Shown one piece after another: positions 38,727 to 53,700 of a stretch of DNA of 64,000 bases (its first letter is position 1; each line of letters starts with the position of its first letter). Below the pieces are notes generated by a model. That model saw only the letters and a program-made list of their open reading frames with translations, was not told the DNA's origin and ran no database searches. Source of the DNA: Lytechinus pictus (lineage: Eukaryota); assembly GCF_037042905.1 (NCBI RefSeq), contig NC_087245.1:15502001-15566000 (forward strand). Direction: 5' to 3'. The translations under genes were made by a program, and so were the position numbers.

Positions 38727-40958
38727 ACAATGCGACCGCGAAGCGCGAGCTGAAATTTTTGTACATATTGACCCCCAAACAGGGACATTTTAAGGACTAT
38801 ACAGTGCGTATCAAAAAAAAAAGTTTACACTTAGAAAAAATCCTGTAAAATTATACATTTGTAATATCCTAAAGGTTTTTCCACATTTTAACATTGGTAC
38901 AGATCCATTTAAGCAAATGACGATATAACTGTCGAAAAATATTTCCGCTTGAGTGAGCACCACTTACTTTTGAAAAGTTAGTGAAAAATGATTTGCGCAG
39001 AACTTTAAAATAGTTATGCGAATAAAAGTAGACCTTAATCATGAAAAACACATAGAATTTAGCTAGTAAAATTGATTTGAAGATATCTTTTACCTTTTAA
39101 AACTTGTTTCCATGAACAAAACACTTCGAAGAGTGCCATTGCGCCCCACCCCACTCCCCCACACACCGAAGCCATCGTGACGATATTTGCTTTACACTGA
39201 GCTGTGATTTACATGAAATGGCTTAGGCTTGATTTTCATTTTGTTAATCATTGTCAAGCTTGGGAAAAGTGTGGAGAAACAAGTATTAAATGAAAAATGA
39301 AATGTAAACCGACTTTAAATGATAAAAACTTAGTGAAAAAATGCTGGAGATGTCTGATAGGGTAAAGGTTGTGCTTACTAAGTGTTGAAACTTTAATTTG
39401 GGTGGCAAAATTGTTACAAAATGCTTGAATGTATCCGTTTTATTTCAATTGACTAAAAGTGCAAGGGAAGTGCTTTGCAAATATGGACAGTGCTCACTAA
39501 AGTGTAACATTCTGTCAAAATTTTTGCTCTCATTGGATAGATGAGACCCAAGCCCAAGATAAATCGTGAAAAAATTACCCACATGTATATTTTTAATTCC
39601 CAGGGCTTTTTCAAAGTGTAAACTTTTTTTTGATAGGCACTGTATTTAGGAATCCATTAAGAGTATACATATCTCACCATAGTCATCTAATGCGAGTGCC
39701 AAGCGCTTGCTGATTTTGTTACAATAATATACATCTGAACACATGAAACACTAGTAATCATTGTAATCATGATTAACATACGCATCACACTCATCAAATA
39801 TTGCGCGGGCGAAGCGCGAGCTGAAAATTTAGGAAATCCAGACGTGAAGAGTGACATTTTAAGGCTGTTTGTAGGAATTCACGAAGATCATACGTATTTT
39901 ACTAACCTAATGATGCGAGCGCGAAGCGCGAGCTGAAATTTTTGTATATATTGACCCCAATCAGGGATATATTAAGGACCATTTTTTTAAAGGAAATCCA
40001 TTTTCAGTACCAATATCTCACCATAGTCATCTAATTCGAGTTTCAAGCGCATGCTGATTTTGTTAGAATTACATCTAAACACATGAAGCACTTTTTGTAA
40101 TCATGATTATCATACGCATCTCACTAATCAAATATTGCGAGCGCGAAGCGCGAGCTGAAAATTTAGGAAATTCAGACCTGAAGAGGGGCATTGTAAGGCC
40201 TGCTTGTAGGAATTCACGAAGACCATGCGTATTTCACTAACCAAATGATGCGAGCGCGAAGCGCAAGCTGAAAATTTTTGATATTCAGGGTCCCGTAACA
40301 CAAAGGTTAGCGATTGATCGTACGCTTGATTTCTACGATTGATTGTACATTATAGTCAATGCAATCAATCGTAGAAAAATGTTCTACGATCATAGCTAAG
40401 CTTTGTGTTACGAGGCCCTGATCAGAAAAAGGGACATTTTAAGGACTGATTTTAGGAATTCATGAAGAGCAGACATATCTCACCAGTCCACGAATGCGAA
40501 CGTAAGCACGGACAGGAAATGGTTTATATCAAGACCTTAAAATGGGGCAATCACTTTAAGTAGTCATGAAAAAGAAGCATATGTCACTAAAATACATAAA
40601 ACAATAATAATTCGAAGTGCGAGGAAATATATTCGGTGTATATTGACTTGAAAACGGGAGGTTTTAGTACAACGGGATTATATATCTTGTTAAACAGACA
40701 ATGCGAGCACCAGGAACAATGAAGACATAGGCCATGCGCAAATTATGTTTCATAAAGTTATGATTTTTTTTAAATGTAATATAACATAACATAATTATAA
40801 TATAATATAATATAACATAATAATTAACAATAAATTATTCTTTCCCATTACGTTTCTCCATCTTTTTCTCCTTTCCCCCGGTTTTGGGGGTTTGTTTTGG
40901 CAAGCCGATGGGGGGGGGGGGGGCACGTGCCCCCATGCCCCCCATAGTTACGCCACTG
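38727..40958 (+). mobile_element. 5'-truncated, internally duplicated copy of the same MITE family with nested insertions
   Basis: Colinear with 37290-38219. Interrupted by the Tc1-like element at 38802-39642 and a hairpin MITE at ~40287-40419. Confidence 0.75.
38802..39642. mobile_element. Tc1/mariner-like MITE (TA TSD)
   Basis: ta|cagtgcgtatcaaaaaa...ttttttgataggcactg|ta. Reverse-complement similarity to 7209-7763. Confidence 0.8.
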
Positions 40959-43629
40959 CACATGATAAATGACTACTACAGTTAAAAAGGGAATGTAGAT
41001 TTCGGTTTCATTCATGCCATCTTTTGCTGAATCATTTTCGTTTTTGTATCTCTTTCTGTTTCCTGTTGGCAATATTTTTAACCTTAATTTCCCAATGAGC
41101 GAATGCTATAAAATATAATTGCATTACCATGATTACAAAGAATAAATTATACCTTCACATATGCCGTTAACTTAGGGCCTTTTCACACGTGACTCTTCAA
41201 TCATTGTAATGATGATTGCAATTTGTCTTTACAATCATCGGACCTTTCACACGCTCACTCGAAAACTGTGATTTGAGTGAATTCACCTCCGGCGTAGAAT
41301 TTGAATTTGTGATTTTGATTAGCGTTCGTGATTCATGTTCTGGTTTGGTTTCACACGTGCTAAAAATTCGTCATTAGCCTTATTTTCCACTAGAATCACC
41401 ATTCAAATTACGATTTTTCTACCGTGTGAAAGGGTGGTTAGCCCCTCTGTTTTACTCTAAATTACAAAAATCAATCTGAGCAAGCTTAATTTGTTTGTGT
41501 TCATCAAATCTATAATTATGTTATATATGATATTATCTTTGTAATATCACTTTGTTGTGTTATGTTCATTATATTATTATGAACATTTTAATGGACACCA
41601 ATAAATGAAATGAAATATTAAAACTAAAATCATTCTGTCATTAAGAGTGTATATATACCAGGGGAGTGTTTCATAAAATGACTTGTCGGATTTCTGTCAA
41701 GTCTTGTTTTATACGACAGTTAACATAGTAACAGTGCTTCTCAGCTGAGAAAAAATTAGGGCATTTAAGCAATCACTAAGATGTTGAATAAATAGAAAAA
41801 TCAATTAACTAAACATCAAAAGCCAATCAAATCAATCAATAAAGGAGCAACTCAGTTAATCAATCAGTCAATCATAATAGTTGGTCACTTATCAACCACC
41901 TCATTCAATTCAACCATCAACCCACAAAGTGACATTTTTTTCCATTGGTAAAAATAACATTCAAGAGGGCACTTTCTACAAAAAATCCATAATACAAACA
42001 TCAATTACTATAAAATTTTATTGTTTTGCTTTGTTTTAATAGAAAAAAATAGTACTGATTTTATCAAAATACAATTTCATTTTTGTTTCAAAACGGCTTA
42101 AAATTGAACAATGAGTTTAAGCAAAAAGTATGACACAGTGAACTCCCAAGTACAAATTTTCTTACCACTCTGATAGGAAAATCTACATTTCAAAGTTATG
42201 ATAAGATTATATCACAATAGTATTTCATCTTTTATGTAAGAGTGTGCTATAGCTGGATAAATTGTATCAAGAATATGGGACATATACAGTTGACGTATTA
42301 TTGTGTCATTATTGCCATAAAAATGAAAGTCTATGATTAAAGTTATTGTACATGTACAATTATGATGTTTCCAGGCATAAGTGACATGATTTTCAGAATC
42401 GGTGATTCATAATTTACATGCATGTATATGAAATATGCCATTCACACATCTTGATGATATGAAATGTATGTACAGGGAAAATCCATATAACGCCAGTGTG
42501 CTTATCAATGACCATGACAAATAACATTTTGGGGTTAAAATTTCAAGGACATATTCATATTGATGCTGTAATGAAGGAGCTGCAATTAGGTGCTTTTAAG
42601 CCCTTGATGTATGTAATAACTTGATGAATTCTTGACTACACACAGGGCAAAATAAATATAACCAGATTCACTCAAGAGTGTTAACAGCACCAAATCGATA
42701 CAGTAGTTCACCGAAAGTATTCTTTTTATTTAGAATGCTTTTAACATGAATATGTATGATTTCATCATACTTAAATTATATAGGGCAATTTCATCAAATA
42801 ATCAACCCTTTTAGTTAGACCGACTGCCAATATCTCCATTCTTACTTCACTTTACACACGGCTCAAACCATGATCATTTTAGAGCATGACAACTTTTCAT
42901 TTGAACTAGAAAAAAAAATCATTTTTAGGATTGTCCCAGATATAGGAGTCAAGACATGTATACATACTTTTATGGAATAGAATATGTACTGTAGCAGAAT
43001 ATGCAATTCTTCATGTGAAAGATTCAATATGGCAGTCATTAATCATTATCATAGAAAACCTGTTAAAGAGTGAATACAAGGTTAGCTTACAATATCATGT
43101 TTAACGTTTTTCTTGGAATGCTGGCAGTTGAAAGAGAAAGTAGTACTGATTGCATATGTTTAACAACATGCATTTAAAGCAAATATAAACAATATATACA
43201 GTCACAACATGGTGGGATAAACATACATAATGCATTGAACAATTTATACAAATAAAAACTCTTGCGTATAGGCCTGTTCTTAATCATTATGGAACCAGTG
43301 ACTCATTAAAATATAGAAAATTGCATACTTTACACACACACACACACCATAATCCTGTATTGTAAACAAATATATGTAGTCAAAAAGTTTATCGCAAGTT
43401 AACCCCCCCCCCCCCCCTTTCATTAAACTGTCTTTCAGCTAAGTCACACATAAATTTTGCATAGATCAAACTTGTTTGAGAAGCCTATAAATTCGACATA
43501 ATATGCATGGGCTATGCATAGTATGTGAAAATCAATAATTTCATATTGCGGCATTAAGATTGCTATTGAACCAAAATGGAAGACTAATTCAAGGAGAAAA
43601 GGATTCTTCTGAGTTGTTCATATCTTAAA

Positions 43630-44189
43630 AGGGAATCCAGCCTTGGCCATAAAATGTTGTGTTGGGAAGGAGAAAAATAATTAAACAGAATGGTGAAAGT
43701 TTGAAAGAAATCGGACAAGCAATTAAAAAGTTACAGCTGCTTTAAAATTAAGATCACTAATACTATGTAGATTTCAAATTGGAAACTGGGTAAGTAACTT
43801 ATGACAAGGGGCAAGGACAACTTTCCCATAGGCCATGTACTTTATTATCAGGGATTTGTGGTTTTCTCCTAAGTACCCATTCCCCTGGGGAAGTAATCTA
43901 AAAAATAACCCAGGTAGAATATTGTTTTTATGTCCTCATGAAAGAAAAATATAATTTGAAATAAAACTTTTGGGAAAAATGACATTTTAGCCAAAATATG
44001 TATTGGAGTATATGGAAGAGTAGTCCTTGCCTTACATCACTATGACATCCCATATGCGGCCAATTTGAAGTCTCCATGGGTATAGTGATTACCAATATTT
44101 GTCCAATATTGTTCAAACTTTCACCTATCAACTTGTCTGATTTTTCTTTTCCTTGTAAAAACAAGTTTTTATTTGGGTTGGATTCCCCT
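43630..44189. mobile_element. Kolobok-like MITE (TTAA-type target)
   Basis: ttaaa|agggaatccagcc...ggttggattcccct|ttaa. Confidence 0.65.
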
Positions 44190-44729
44190 TTAATGAACAG
44201 TATGTATATATTTTTTTGTTCATGGCAAAGCTCAATTTCGCTTTAGCAGAATACAGAGAACTGCCCACGGAATGCTTAAAGTGGGTTAAAGGGGAAGTTC
44301 ACCCTGAACAAAAGTTTGTTGTAAAAAAAAATACTGGTGAAGGTTTGAGGAAAATCCAGTAAAAATTAATGAAGTTATCAGAATTTTAAGTTCTGGATTT
44401 GTGACATCATAAACGAGCAGCTGCCCCATAAGTTTTGTAATATAAAACGCTCGAATTTTTTTTTTTTTAATAGTTCGTAAAAACTTATTTTTTTTTTCTT
44501 ATAAGGAATGGGTGCGGAATGATTTGTGCATTGATATACTGAATGTCACAGTAAAAAAACATTCTCAATTTTCTGAGAAAATGACATTTAATTGATTATA
44601 TTTTTTTACCATTTGATATGTATGAAAGCTGCTCGCATATGATATCACAAATCGAATGATTAAAATTCTAGTAACTATTTATTCTTTGATGGATTTCTCT
44701 CAAACCTTCTGCAATATTTAAGTTGAAAT

Positions 44730-45099
44730 ACAAGGCAAAAGCGATTTTGTGTCTCGCCCACTTATGAAAATAACCAGAAATATCTTGATTTGCGAGGGCA
44801 CGCAACAGAATTGTAGCGAAACTTCATTGTGAAATGACTGGGATGGAATAACACTTGTCATAAGAGCCTTGCACGTAAACTTTAATGTTGACCTGAAAAT
44901 GACCTTTGACCTTACCATGTGACCTTTGATTGCAGCATAACATGCAGGTCCCCCAAGTCCCTCTATCATCCAAGTTTGGTTGAATAGCGACTTACGGTTG
45001 TGGAGTTATGTGTCATTAGGTTTGTGACGGACGGACGACAGACGACGGACAAAATTTGGATCCCTAAGTCTCGCCTTCACCTCTTGTTGGGCGAGACAA
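44730..45099 (+). mobile_element. Helentron/DINE-1-like non-autonomous element
   Basis: 5' gtctcgcc motif, internal (gacg)n microsatellite and 3' hairpin gtctcgcc...ggcgagac. Second copy at 50470-50822. Confidence 0.65.
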
Positions 45100-47328
45100 T
45101 AAGGTTAAGGGAACAAGTATAAGATGTTCATTGTGAATTTCAAAAAAAAGCCTGTATATGGCTTTAGTTGTAAGATTGGCATCAATGTCCTGACAAGCAT
45201 AATAACAAAACAAGGAAGTGAGTCTTAACTCAAAGCAAATTTGAGGAAGAATGCCAGACACATCTTAACTCATAGTCAACTAGAACAGGGCAAAGACCCT
45301 GTGCAAAGCCTATAAATTACAGAATTCACCAGTCAAAAGATTAAGATGTTTCTCCACATAGCATAAATGATGTCATTGTGGCTGATAAATGATTGTATTA
45401 AAGATAAATCTTTAAATTTTCATGGACCCCCCCCCCCCGGAAAAAATCCCAGTAACCATGAGAGCCAGCAGGTATATAGTGGTGGTAATGTCCATTAATT
45501 AAAGGTAAAAGACAGTAGTTGCAGCAAAGAATTATTTCATGAGAAAGTCTTTTAAATCAGAGTTAATTGTCAAAATATTATCATACATCTAGATCTGGTA
45601 CATTAATGTAAACTTATCTTTGTAAAATCATGAAATGTTAGCTCAAAATTGATAATTCTGATGCTCACTAACACGGAAAAGCATATGTGGGACAATGTAT
45701 CAATATTGCTTAAAAAAACACCTGACATTTGATGGAATTCCGTGCTTATTTTGCTAATTTCTCAGCAATTACGCATTTTCCTCTAGAGCTATTAGGCACA
45801 TATTTTTTATTTATACATACAAACACTATGGTGGTAATTTTATTGGATTCTGTTCGATCTCATTTTGAGATCTTTACCATAACTGGTGTTTATCTTTAAG
45901 CATTGAAAATTCATCCTTGTGAAAAGCCATAATTTGAAGCTACAAATTTTCAAATACCATCCCCACAAAAAAATACAAACTTCACTCATAATCTTGGGTA
46001 ATGAATAATTCAGGCATGTAAATGATTGCTAAATTTTATATTGAGATATCATTATTGAAAAAGGTAAACATATAATTTCATGAAAATTAAATGCTTTCAA
46101 ATATTTCTATTTAGTGCATTTTGGCAAAGAAAGAGCTATTCCCATTACAGGATAGATATGAAAACTTTTGTTACATATAGCCTTCTATTGCAAGTCAAAT
46201 AATGGAACTTTTGTCTCATATCATAGGTATTTAATACTTTTACATATATTGGATATTAATTTTTGTTAAACCTTTTAGAATATTTAAATATTAAAAGTAG
46301 GGTGTTTTATCCAATAAAGGTGTATTTGGTTCGCATGATTTACCTGTGCAGTATGCGATCATATTGCACGAAGCACGAAATATCTGATGAATATATATCC
46401 AATAGACTCAGGTAGACTACTGTATAAAACTTGACGTTCATTATGGTACCATATTGAACAGTCAAATGCAAAATATACAGTCATGTACAACACACACAAT
46501 AATCAATAAATTGTGAGGCACAGCTCAGACTGCATTGAAACTAAATGACGTCAAAAGAGCTCAATGTATGTCACATTTCTATGATCAAATTGATCTCATG
46601 AAGTGAGGCCATATTAACCGATTGAAGTGAGTGATATAATTTGCTCAATCAATTTCATGGAATACCAGAAATAATCCACTTGTTGAGGCCAATATCGATT
46701 TGTGCGATAACACCCCCAACTCTTGGAATATCTCTGGTATCTCATTCTGAGCCATCCAATATAATACAAATATTCTATTTCAGATTGGTTGCGAACTACA
46801 TGCTTACACATAATATTCCAATTTTTTAATAAAACTGTTCTGTGCACAAAGAATAGTGATCTCACAAGCAGGATATGGCCCCACAATAAGAAATCTTCAC
46901 ACTGATGAAAGCAAAAACATACACAAAGCAAAGGAATACCAGAATGAATACACATGCAAAAGAAACTTGACCTTTCTTCCCAAATTATATTCCATGACAT
47001 CTGCTCCTGCAACAATTGCTCCTATGGAAATGCTGTATTTACCCAAACATAAACACTACGCTCAAATCAAAGTATAATCTTAATCCTCACTATATTCTTA
47101 ACCAAAAACCCCATCACACCGCTAACTCTAACCCTATATCTTCAGAAAAATCAATGCAGGAGCAAGTGTCTCGGTTCAAGCGAATGTTAGATCGCCCCCA
47201 AAATGAAAAAAATGCAATTTAAATGTCTTGCAGTGATACGTATACATGTAAGTCATTACACATGTAGTGTTAGATGATCAATGTGACCTTGCAACTTCTG
47301 GCCAACTTCAAAACGAATCAACTTGGTA

Positions 47329-47754
47329 TCATAACTCATCATGCCTATCATCTCCACTGTCCTGAACCTTCTGCTCCATCTCTTTCTCTTCCACTTGATT
47401 CAGCTCTTCTTTCCTTCCCTCCTCCTTTTCCAACCGTGATTTCTTGTCACACACGTGGATGCTCTCCGGATCATTGACATACACAATTTCGTTATGCCCT
47501 ACATCCTCCACACTGTTACACTCTCCTCCCACGTCACTCTCTGCCATTATCCATCTCTCCTCTGGGTTGTCAAAATGGTTCACACCGAATTCCTGGAAGA
47601 TTCCTTTGGCTACAAACTGCTTGTACCAGAGTTTTTCGATGGTTGGGTCGTGTTGGTACCCTTTGTTGAACTTCTCAAAGGCCTTGTCACCATACTGCAT
47701 GATCATGCGGGAATCTATCTGATTGGTACCTTCTGGATCTAAAACATCGAGAAT
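47329..47754 (-). CDS. JmjC gene exon 10 (degenerate EF-like loop, acidic tail, HDEL)
   Basis: ILDVLDPEGTNQIDSR...DSGDDRHDEL*. Acceptor ccttaaaacag. Confidence 0.88.
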   Translation of the reverse strand: MLDVLDPEGTNQIDSRMIMQYGDKAFEKFNKGYQHDPTIEKLWYKQFVAKGIFQEFGVNHFDNPEERWIMAESDVGGECNSVEDVGHNEIVYVNDPESIHVCDKKSRLEKEEGRKEELNQVEEKEMEQKVQDSGDDRHDEL

Positions 47755-50700
47755 CTGTTTTAAGGAGAGATTTGGAGATGGACAAAAAATGATAAAATCA
47801 GATGGATTCTTCAATCTGACTAGTTGCACGCAGTCAAAAATCATACCTCAACCACAACCAAGATCAAAAACATATTGCATATTTAACTTATATTATTTTT
47901 GAAAACATTCATAATCTAAACAGTCATTTCTATATTCATTCATGAACCAAATTGAATCCTGTATTAATCTATTGGATATGTAGGTTAATGTGATGATCAG
48001 TGACCTTCAAGGGCTTTGATCTTCAGAAACCACAATCAGATAGAATCACATGACACTACCATATGCACATATAAGCCAAATTTGAAGTTTAAACATTAAA
48101 AGGTTCTTCATCTATTGCAGGATTACTTAGACATCTTTGAAAAGTAGATAACATTACCGGAACCATCTGAGGTAGCATTTAGAATCCATTCTTTAAAACA
48201 TAAATCACTATCCATGCTTTTTAATCATCACACAGTTCTAATGAACTATAATAGCTATGGGGAAGCTGATGCTTTAATACAGTACAAAGTTGGTAAGAAC
48301 AACAAGCATACAAAATTGATAATTTCCTCAAAAGAATATTATTTCTGTGATATATTTGGAAGGTTATTTCATTCCACATCGCTTGTTTTTGATAAAAGAG
48401 GTATATCATACAAGTTAGAGAACAAAATGGTTAATTTTGTTGTTGCTGTTGCAAAGTCCCAATTTTGCAACATCTCTTTATGAGGGAGTGGGTTGTCTTC
48501 ACAGAGCTGCCAAAATGTATTTTGCATTTTCAGTATTCTTATCCCCCAAAATCAGTATTTTGACAAAAAATCAGTATTTTTACCGTGTGAGATAAATATG
48601 CAGACCTGCCAACCTCTGGAAATGAATAACTGTATTCTGTGATAAGAAAAAATGTATTTTTCCCCAAAAAAGTGTATTTCATAATAAAATGCTTGGCGCA
48701 CTCGGTCATCGCGGCGCTCAAGCTGCATGCAAGCTAAAATGCGCACTGCTCTTGCAGATGAAAAAAAAACCCATTAAAACATGTGTATATCTTCACCCTG
48801 GTTTTAACAAAATGATAAAAAAAAACAAGTTACCTGAAATTACATTGATCTAATAACCATATTTGTGTACATTTTATGAAATAGAGACATATAGAGATTA
48901 TTTTTCTCAATAAATTACGATTTAGTAACAAAAAACGTAACGTACTAAATACGGCTAAAACGTACTGGTTGGCAGGTCTGTCTTCACCCTCACTACAGTG
49001 CGTATAAAAAAACCGGGACAGATTTGAAAAGTCTATAAAATTTTTGTTTCAAATAATGATGTCTATATTTTGGTGTTAATAGATGCTCTAAGGTCTTATC
49101 TTTGAAATGCAATTTAAACAAATAAATTTTATTCATGCTTGAGCGAACACGGGACCTTTTTGTTGGGGGTTCAAAAAGAGGCTTGCGCCAGAATTGCAGA
49201 ATATGTGTAATACAATGATCAGACTTCTTGCTAATCAGGAGACTTCCTCTTGACCTTTTCATTATCTGTGCCACAATTTTCGAATTATGCTGTCAAAATT
49301 CATTTACAAAGTTATTTATTTAATTGAATTATTTTGTTTTTTCATTTAAACTTCTCTTACCTTTAATTTTCCTTCATAAGTAACTGAGAAAAGAAGTTTT
49401 TTTTGTCAACCCAAGCAAGAAGATTTGAATTATTAATTGGGAAAACTTGTGATTATTCAAATCGTTTTATTATGTGAAACACATTATGTTATGTACCTTT
49501 AAAAGACATGAATCTATTTTTCAATGGGTCATTAATTCCTTGACCAAGTTTAATTGCTTGACAGGAAACACAGGAAGGGATTCATGTCTTTCAATGACAA
49601 TGGTGTATTGAGTCAATTTTGAAGGAGCTAGATATGGCAGATCAGGTAAAATGTATTAAAAAGTTGTGAGCGAGCGAAGTGAGCACGCAAATATTCCCAC
49701 TTTTTTTAATTACAATATCAAATTTTGTGATAGATTTTGACATAATAAATATTCAGAAAATAATATCATATTTTACTTTCTATCTTTCCTTTTATTTCCT
49801 GTCCACTTTTTTTCTTGGTCATGATTTTTTTAATTGAGGGGGGGGGGGGCAACCCGAGCGCCCGCCCATCTGTGTGGCTTTGTTCAAAAGGCATCATAAC
49901 CTTTGTGGCACATAATGAAAGGATTTGAATAAAAAATCCATGCTCTCCCATAATTCGGTTGAAGAAAAATAATTTTAGCTTGAAGAAGGAATATTCAAAG
50001 CTAACAGAGAGCATATTAAAAAGAAATAACAGAATAATTCAAGCAAATACATAGATCTGAAAATGAATTTTGACCGCATGATTTGAAAATTATGGCAAAG
50101 AAAATGAAAAGGTTAAGAGGAAGTCTGCTAATTAGCAAGAAATCCGATCATCATATTACTCATATTCTGCAATTCTGGCACAAGCCTCTTTTTTAACCCC
50201 CAACAAAAACGTCCCGTGTTTGCTCAAGCATGAACAAAACTAATTTTTTTTAATAATATTTGAAAGACAAGACCTTAGAGCACCTATTAACACCAAAATA
50301 TAGACATAATAATTTGAAACAAAAATTTTATAGACTTTTCAAATCTATCCCGTTTTTTTTTTATACGCACTGTAGTATGCCAGTCCATTTGCTCTAATTC
50401 ATATGAATATTAAAACTTTCATATATGCAGTTGTTAAATTTTGCACTAAAAACTGATTTCTTTTTAATGACAAGGCATTAGCGATGTTGTGTCTCGCCCA
50501 GTTGTGAAAATGACCAGAAATATCGCGATTTGCAAGGGCACGCAATAGGGATTGTATCAAAAGTTCATTGTGAAATAACTGGGATGGAATAACATTTGTC
50601 GTATGAGTCTTCCATGTAAACTTTAATGTTGACCTCAAAATGACCTTTGACATTAACATGTGACCTCCAGACACAATGCAGGTCTCCTAAGTACAGCTAC

Positions 50701-53700
50701 AATCCAAGATTGATATGAAATTGACTTACGGTTGCAGAGTTATGTGTCATAATGTTTGTGATGGACGGACGGATTATATTTGGATCCCCAAGTCTCGACT
50801 TAACCTCTGGTGGGAGAGACAAAAAGGGGTCCAATCAAATACTCACCTCTTTTGCAACCTCTGTACTCCCTCCCAAGTAGAAGGTGTAAATCTTAATGAA
50901 ATCAGATCCACTGAATGGTTGTGATGGATTGTGACCTCGGAGCATTGTGAGAGCGCCCCTACAGCAATTAAAAATAACAATAAATATACTTATGATCACA
51001 ATATCTTACACTTATTTCATCATAATCTTTCAACACAATATATGCAGCATCATTGTCCTGGCTTATTAAGCAGTGCATCTTGTGAGGCATGCACCTCATA
51101 CCACCCCAAAGATTTGTATTTGTGGAGCGACCGACTAGGGGAAGCTGTGTGAAGGGGACCCTATCCTCCAATGGTAGGATTTTTTTTGTATTTTAGATCT
51201 GTACGAGGGCCCTCAGTCGGCTTTTTGTTAGCTTTTCGACAATGTAACGTATGTTGTAAACAAAATGTAACTTATGTTGCAAACAAAATAGCTTACCAAA
51301 TAGCATCCTTGTCAATGTGGTGATATTCAAAATCTCCCTTGTTGGAGGCATCTGAAGGGTCAATGACCTCTACTAGATCCTTCAATGTTTGTAGAGGTAA
51401 GGAATCTAACTCTTTTACCGTGATGTAACCTTGTCCGTTGGTATCCAAAATCTCCATAAACTGTACAATGAAATGGAAGTAAACAATAGTAATTACCAGT
51501 AATATCTATGTTTCTTCATGAGATCTCTATGTACAAATTGAGACATTTGACAGTGATGTACTTTCATTCATTGGTATCCATTATACTCTTTATGAGATAT
51601 ATGGGAAATTTATTATGATTCATAAATATCATATATATTCACTTCTGAACACCCTATATCAAAAGATATAGAGAAAGGAATAATTCCTAGAAAAAAAAAA
51701 TGTGCAGTTCGAAGAAATCAGTGTTATATATAATAACATTCTTTTGAGATTACAGAGATGGTGAATTGACCCTATATTCCATGACATAACATTGTCCTTG
51801 TGAAAACTTGGGAGTAGGAGAAGCATGAGAGTAACATCACACACCTTCTGTAATAGCTCTATGGTCTAGCAGTGGCAACTTCACAGCTTTAATTTAATTG
51901 CAAACTTTATCGTAAGGTGTGTGATGGGATTAACAGAGGACACATATTTCATCTTTATAGCTCAGAGACCTTACCTCCAAACGTTGTTTTACAAGTAAGT
52001 CTTCATCATTTAGTTCTCCCTGCAGAAAATAACAATAAAATGAGTTATCAATATTTGAAATATTGCATTGTTTTCAGATTGTTTGATGTAATGTGCAATG
52101 TTTATCAGATCAGTCACCTTAAAGCATAAACCCTTTGAACAATAAATAAAATAAATAAATAAATAAGACAATCAATAAATCTGAAACAAAAAAAGATCGC
52201 GTTGCAACATTTACTTTTTCCTTCAAGTCTTGTGCAACTTTTAAGACTAAATTCGCAACACGGGGGGTATGCGGTTCCGAAGTTACATTACATTTTGTAA
52301 ATGCACGCAAGACCCAAAATTACTCAAAAACGTGATTTCATATACAAATCCAATGCAAATTCACTAGGTAGCCAAAATTCGCAAATTCATCATTTTCATT
52401 TTTACTGAATAAAAGCAATAGATTTCATGTTATTTATGACTGCAATAGTGTTGAAATTTGCACTATAATCTAAAAATAGCCCGGGATATATAGGGTTAAA
52501 CTGCAAAGATGGAGAGCATATACAAAATATACATACTTTTGAAATAGTAAGGTTATTAAGTCTTCATTGCATGATTAAAACATTTATTGTAGACTAATAG
52601 AATTTTTGAAATTAAAACAAAATTAAGCTGTCTTAGTCCCCAACTCTTATTAATTACAATAATGCACCAATAAAACAAATCACCATGGCAATTTTTAGAT
52701 GTTTTTAATTAGGTTTTTTTCATTGGGGGGGGGGAACATGTCATATAATAATCTAAAGTGCATTACAAATATGATAAACTATACCTGTATAAAGTTATCT
52801 GTGAATTCTCCCAACCAAATCTTGCCAGTTGTATCAGCTATGGTTTTCATGACAGTTCTGAAATAGAAGAAAGTTTATTGAATTATTTGGTAATAAGAAT
52901 GAGAAAATACATCCTTGAAAGCTCGGAAGTCGATTGATATAGTTATAAGGCTTGTGTAGTTATGACGCTGGCGGCTGCATAGGCCAGCATCAAAATTCAA
53001 TCAATAATTGATGGGTAAGCAGCAAGGATGCCACAGGCAGGAGAGTAGAAGGTACGGTAGGGGGGGGGGTATCTGTCACAGAATAATTTTTTTTTTTTTC
53101 AATTGATGTCAAATCAAAATTTGTGATTTTGTGCCAATATGTTTGTCATTTTCAGATCGTTCCATGCAAGCCTTGTGTGTGACTTGCGGGTGACTTTTTT
53201 TGTTCCCCGCAAGTCACCCACATCGACAGTATCTCGCACATATTTCACACACAGTTGCCTGCAGGAGCGCACGCAAGTACGATTAGCACACAGAAAAGTT
53301 TTGAACATGCTCAAACCTTTGTAGCAACAATTAGCCGCAAGGCTTGCACGGAATGATGTGACAGGGTCTTAGCGATATGAATCCCTGTGACTTCATTCTT
53401 GGTGTAAATTTCATCTTAAAGACACATTGACCAATGCATTATTTCACAAGAACAAATACCTCAACATGTGCACATCCATATGACCTTGTGAGAGCTCTCC
53501 GTGACCGCTGTAGCGCCACAGAACGGATGACTCGCTCATGGGTTGGAAAGTATTGCCTGAATCTTCACAGCCCGTAGGGTCAAAGGTCAAAAAGTGAGAG
53601 AACCAGATGGATACAGCACTGTTCATATACCCTCTTGATCTCACCTGATGTGTATAGCCTAGAATATTGAAATATCAATATGAGAATTAGATTGTACATT

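Noticed and set aside
46614..47222. Overlapping ORFs downstream of the HDEL stop
   Set aside because: They have no motifs or consistent splice structure and probably lie in the 3' UTR or a small repeat.
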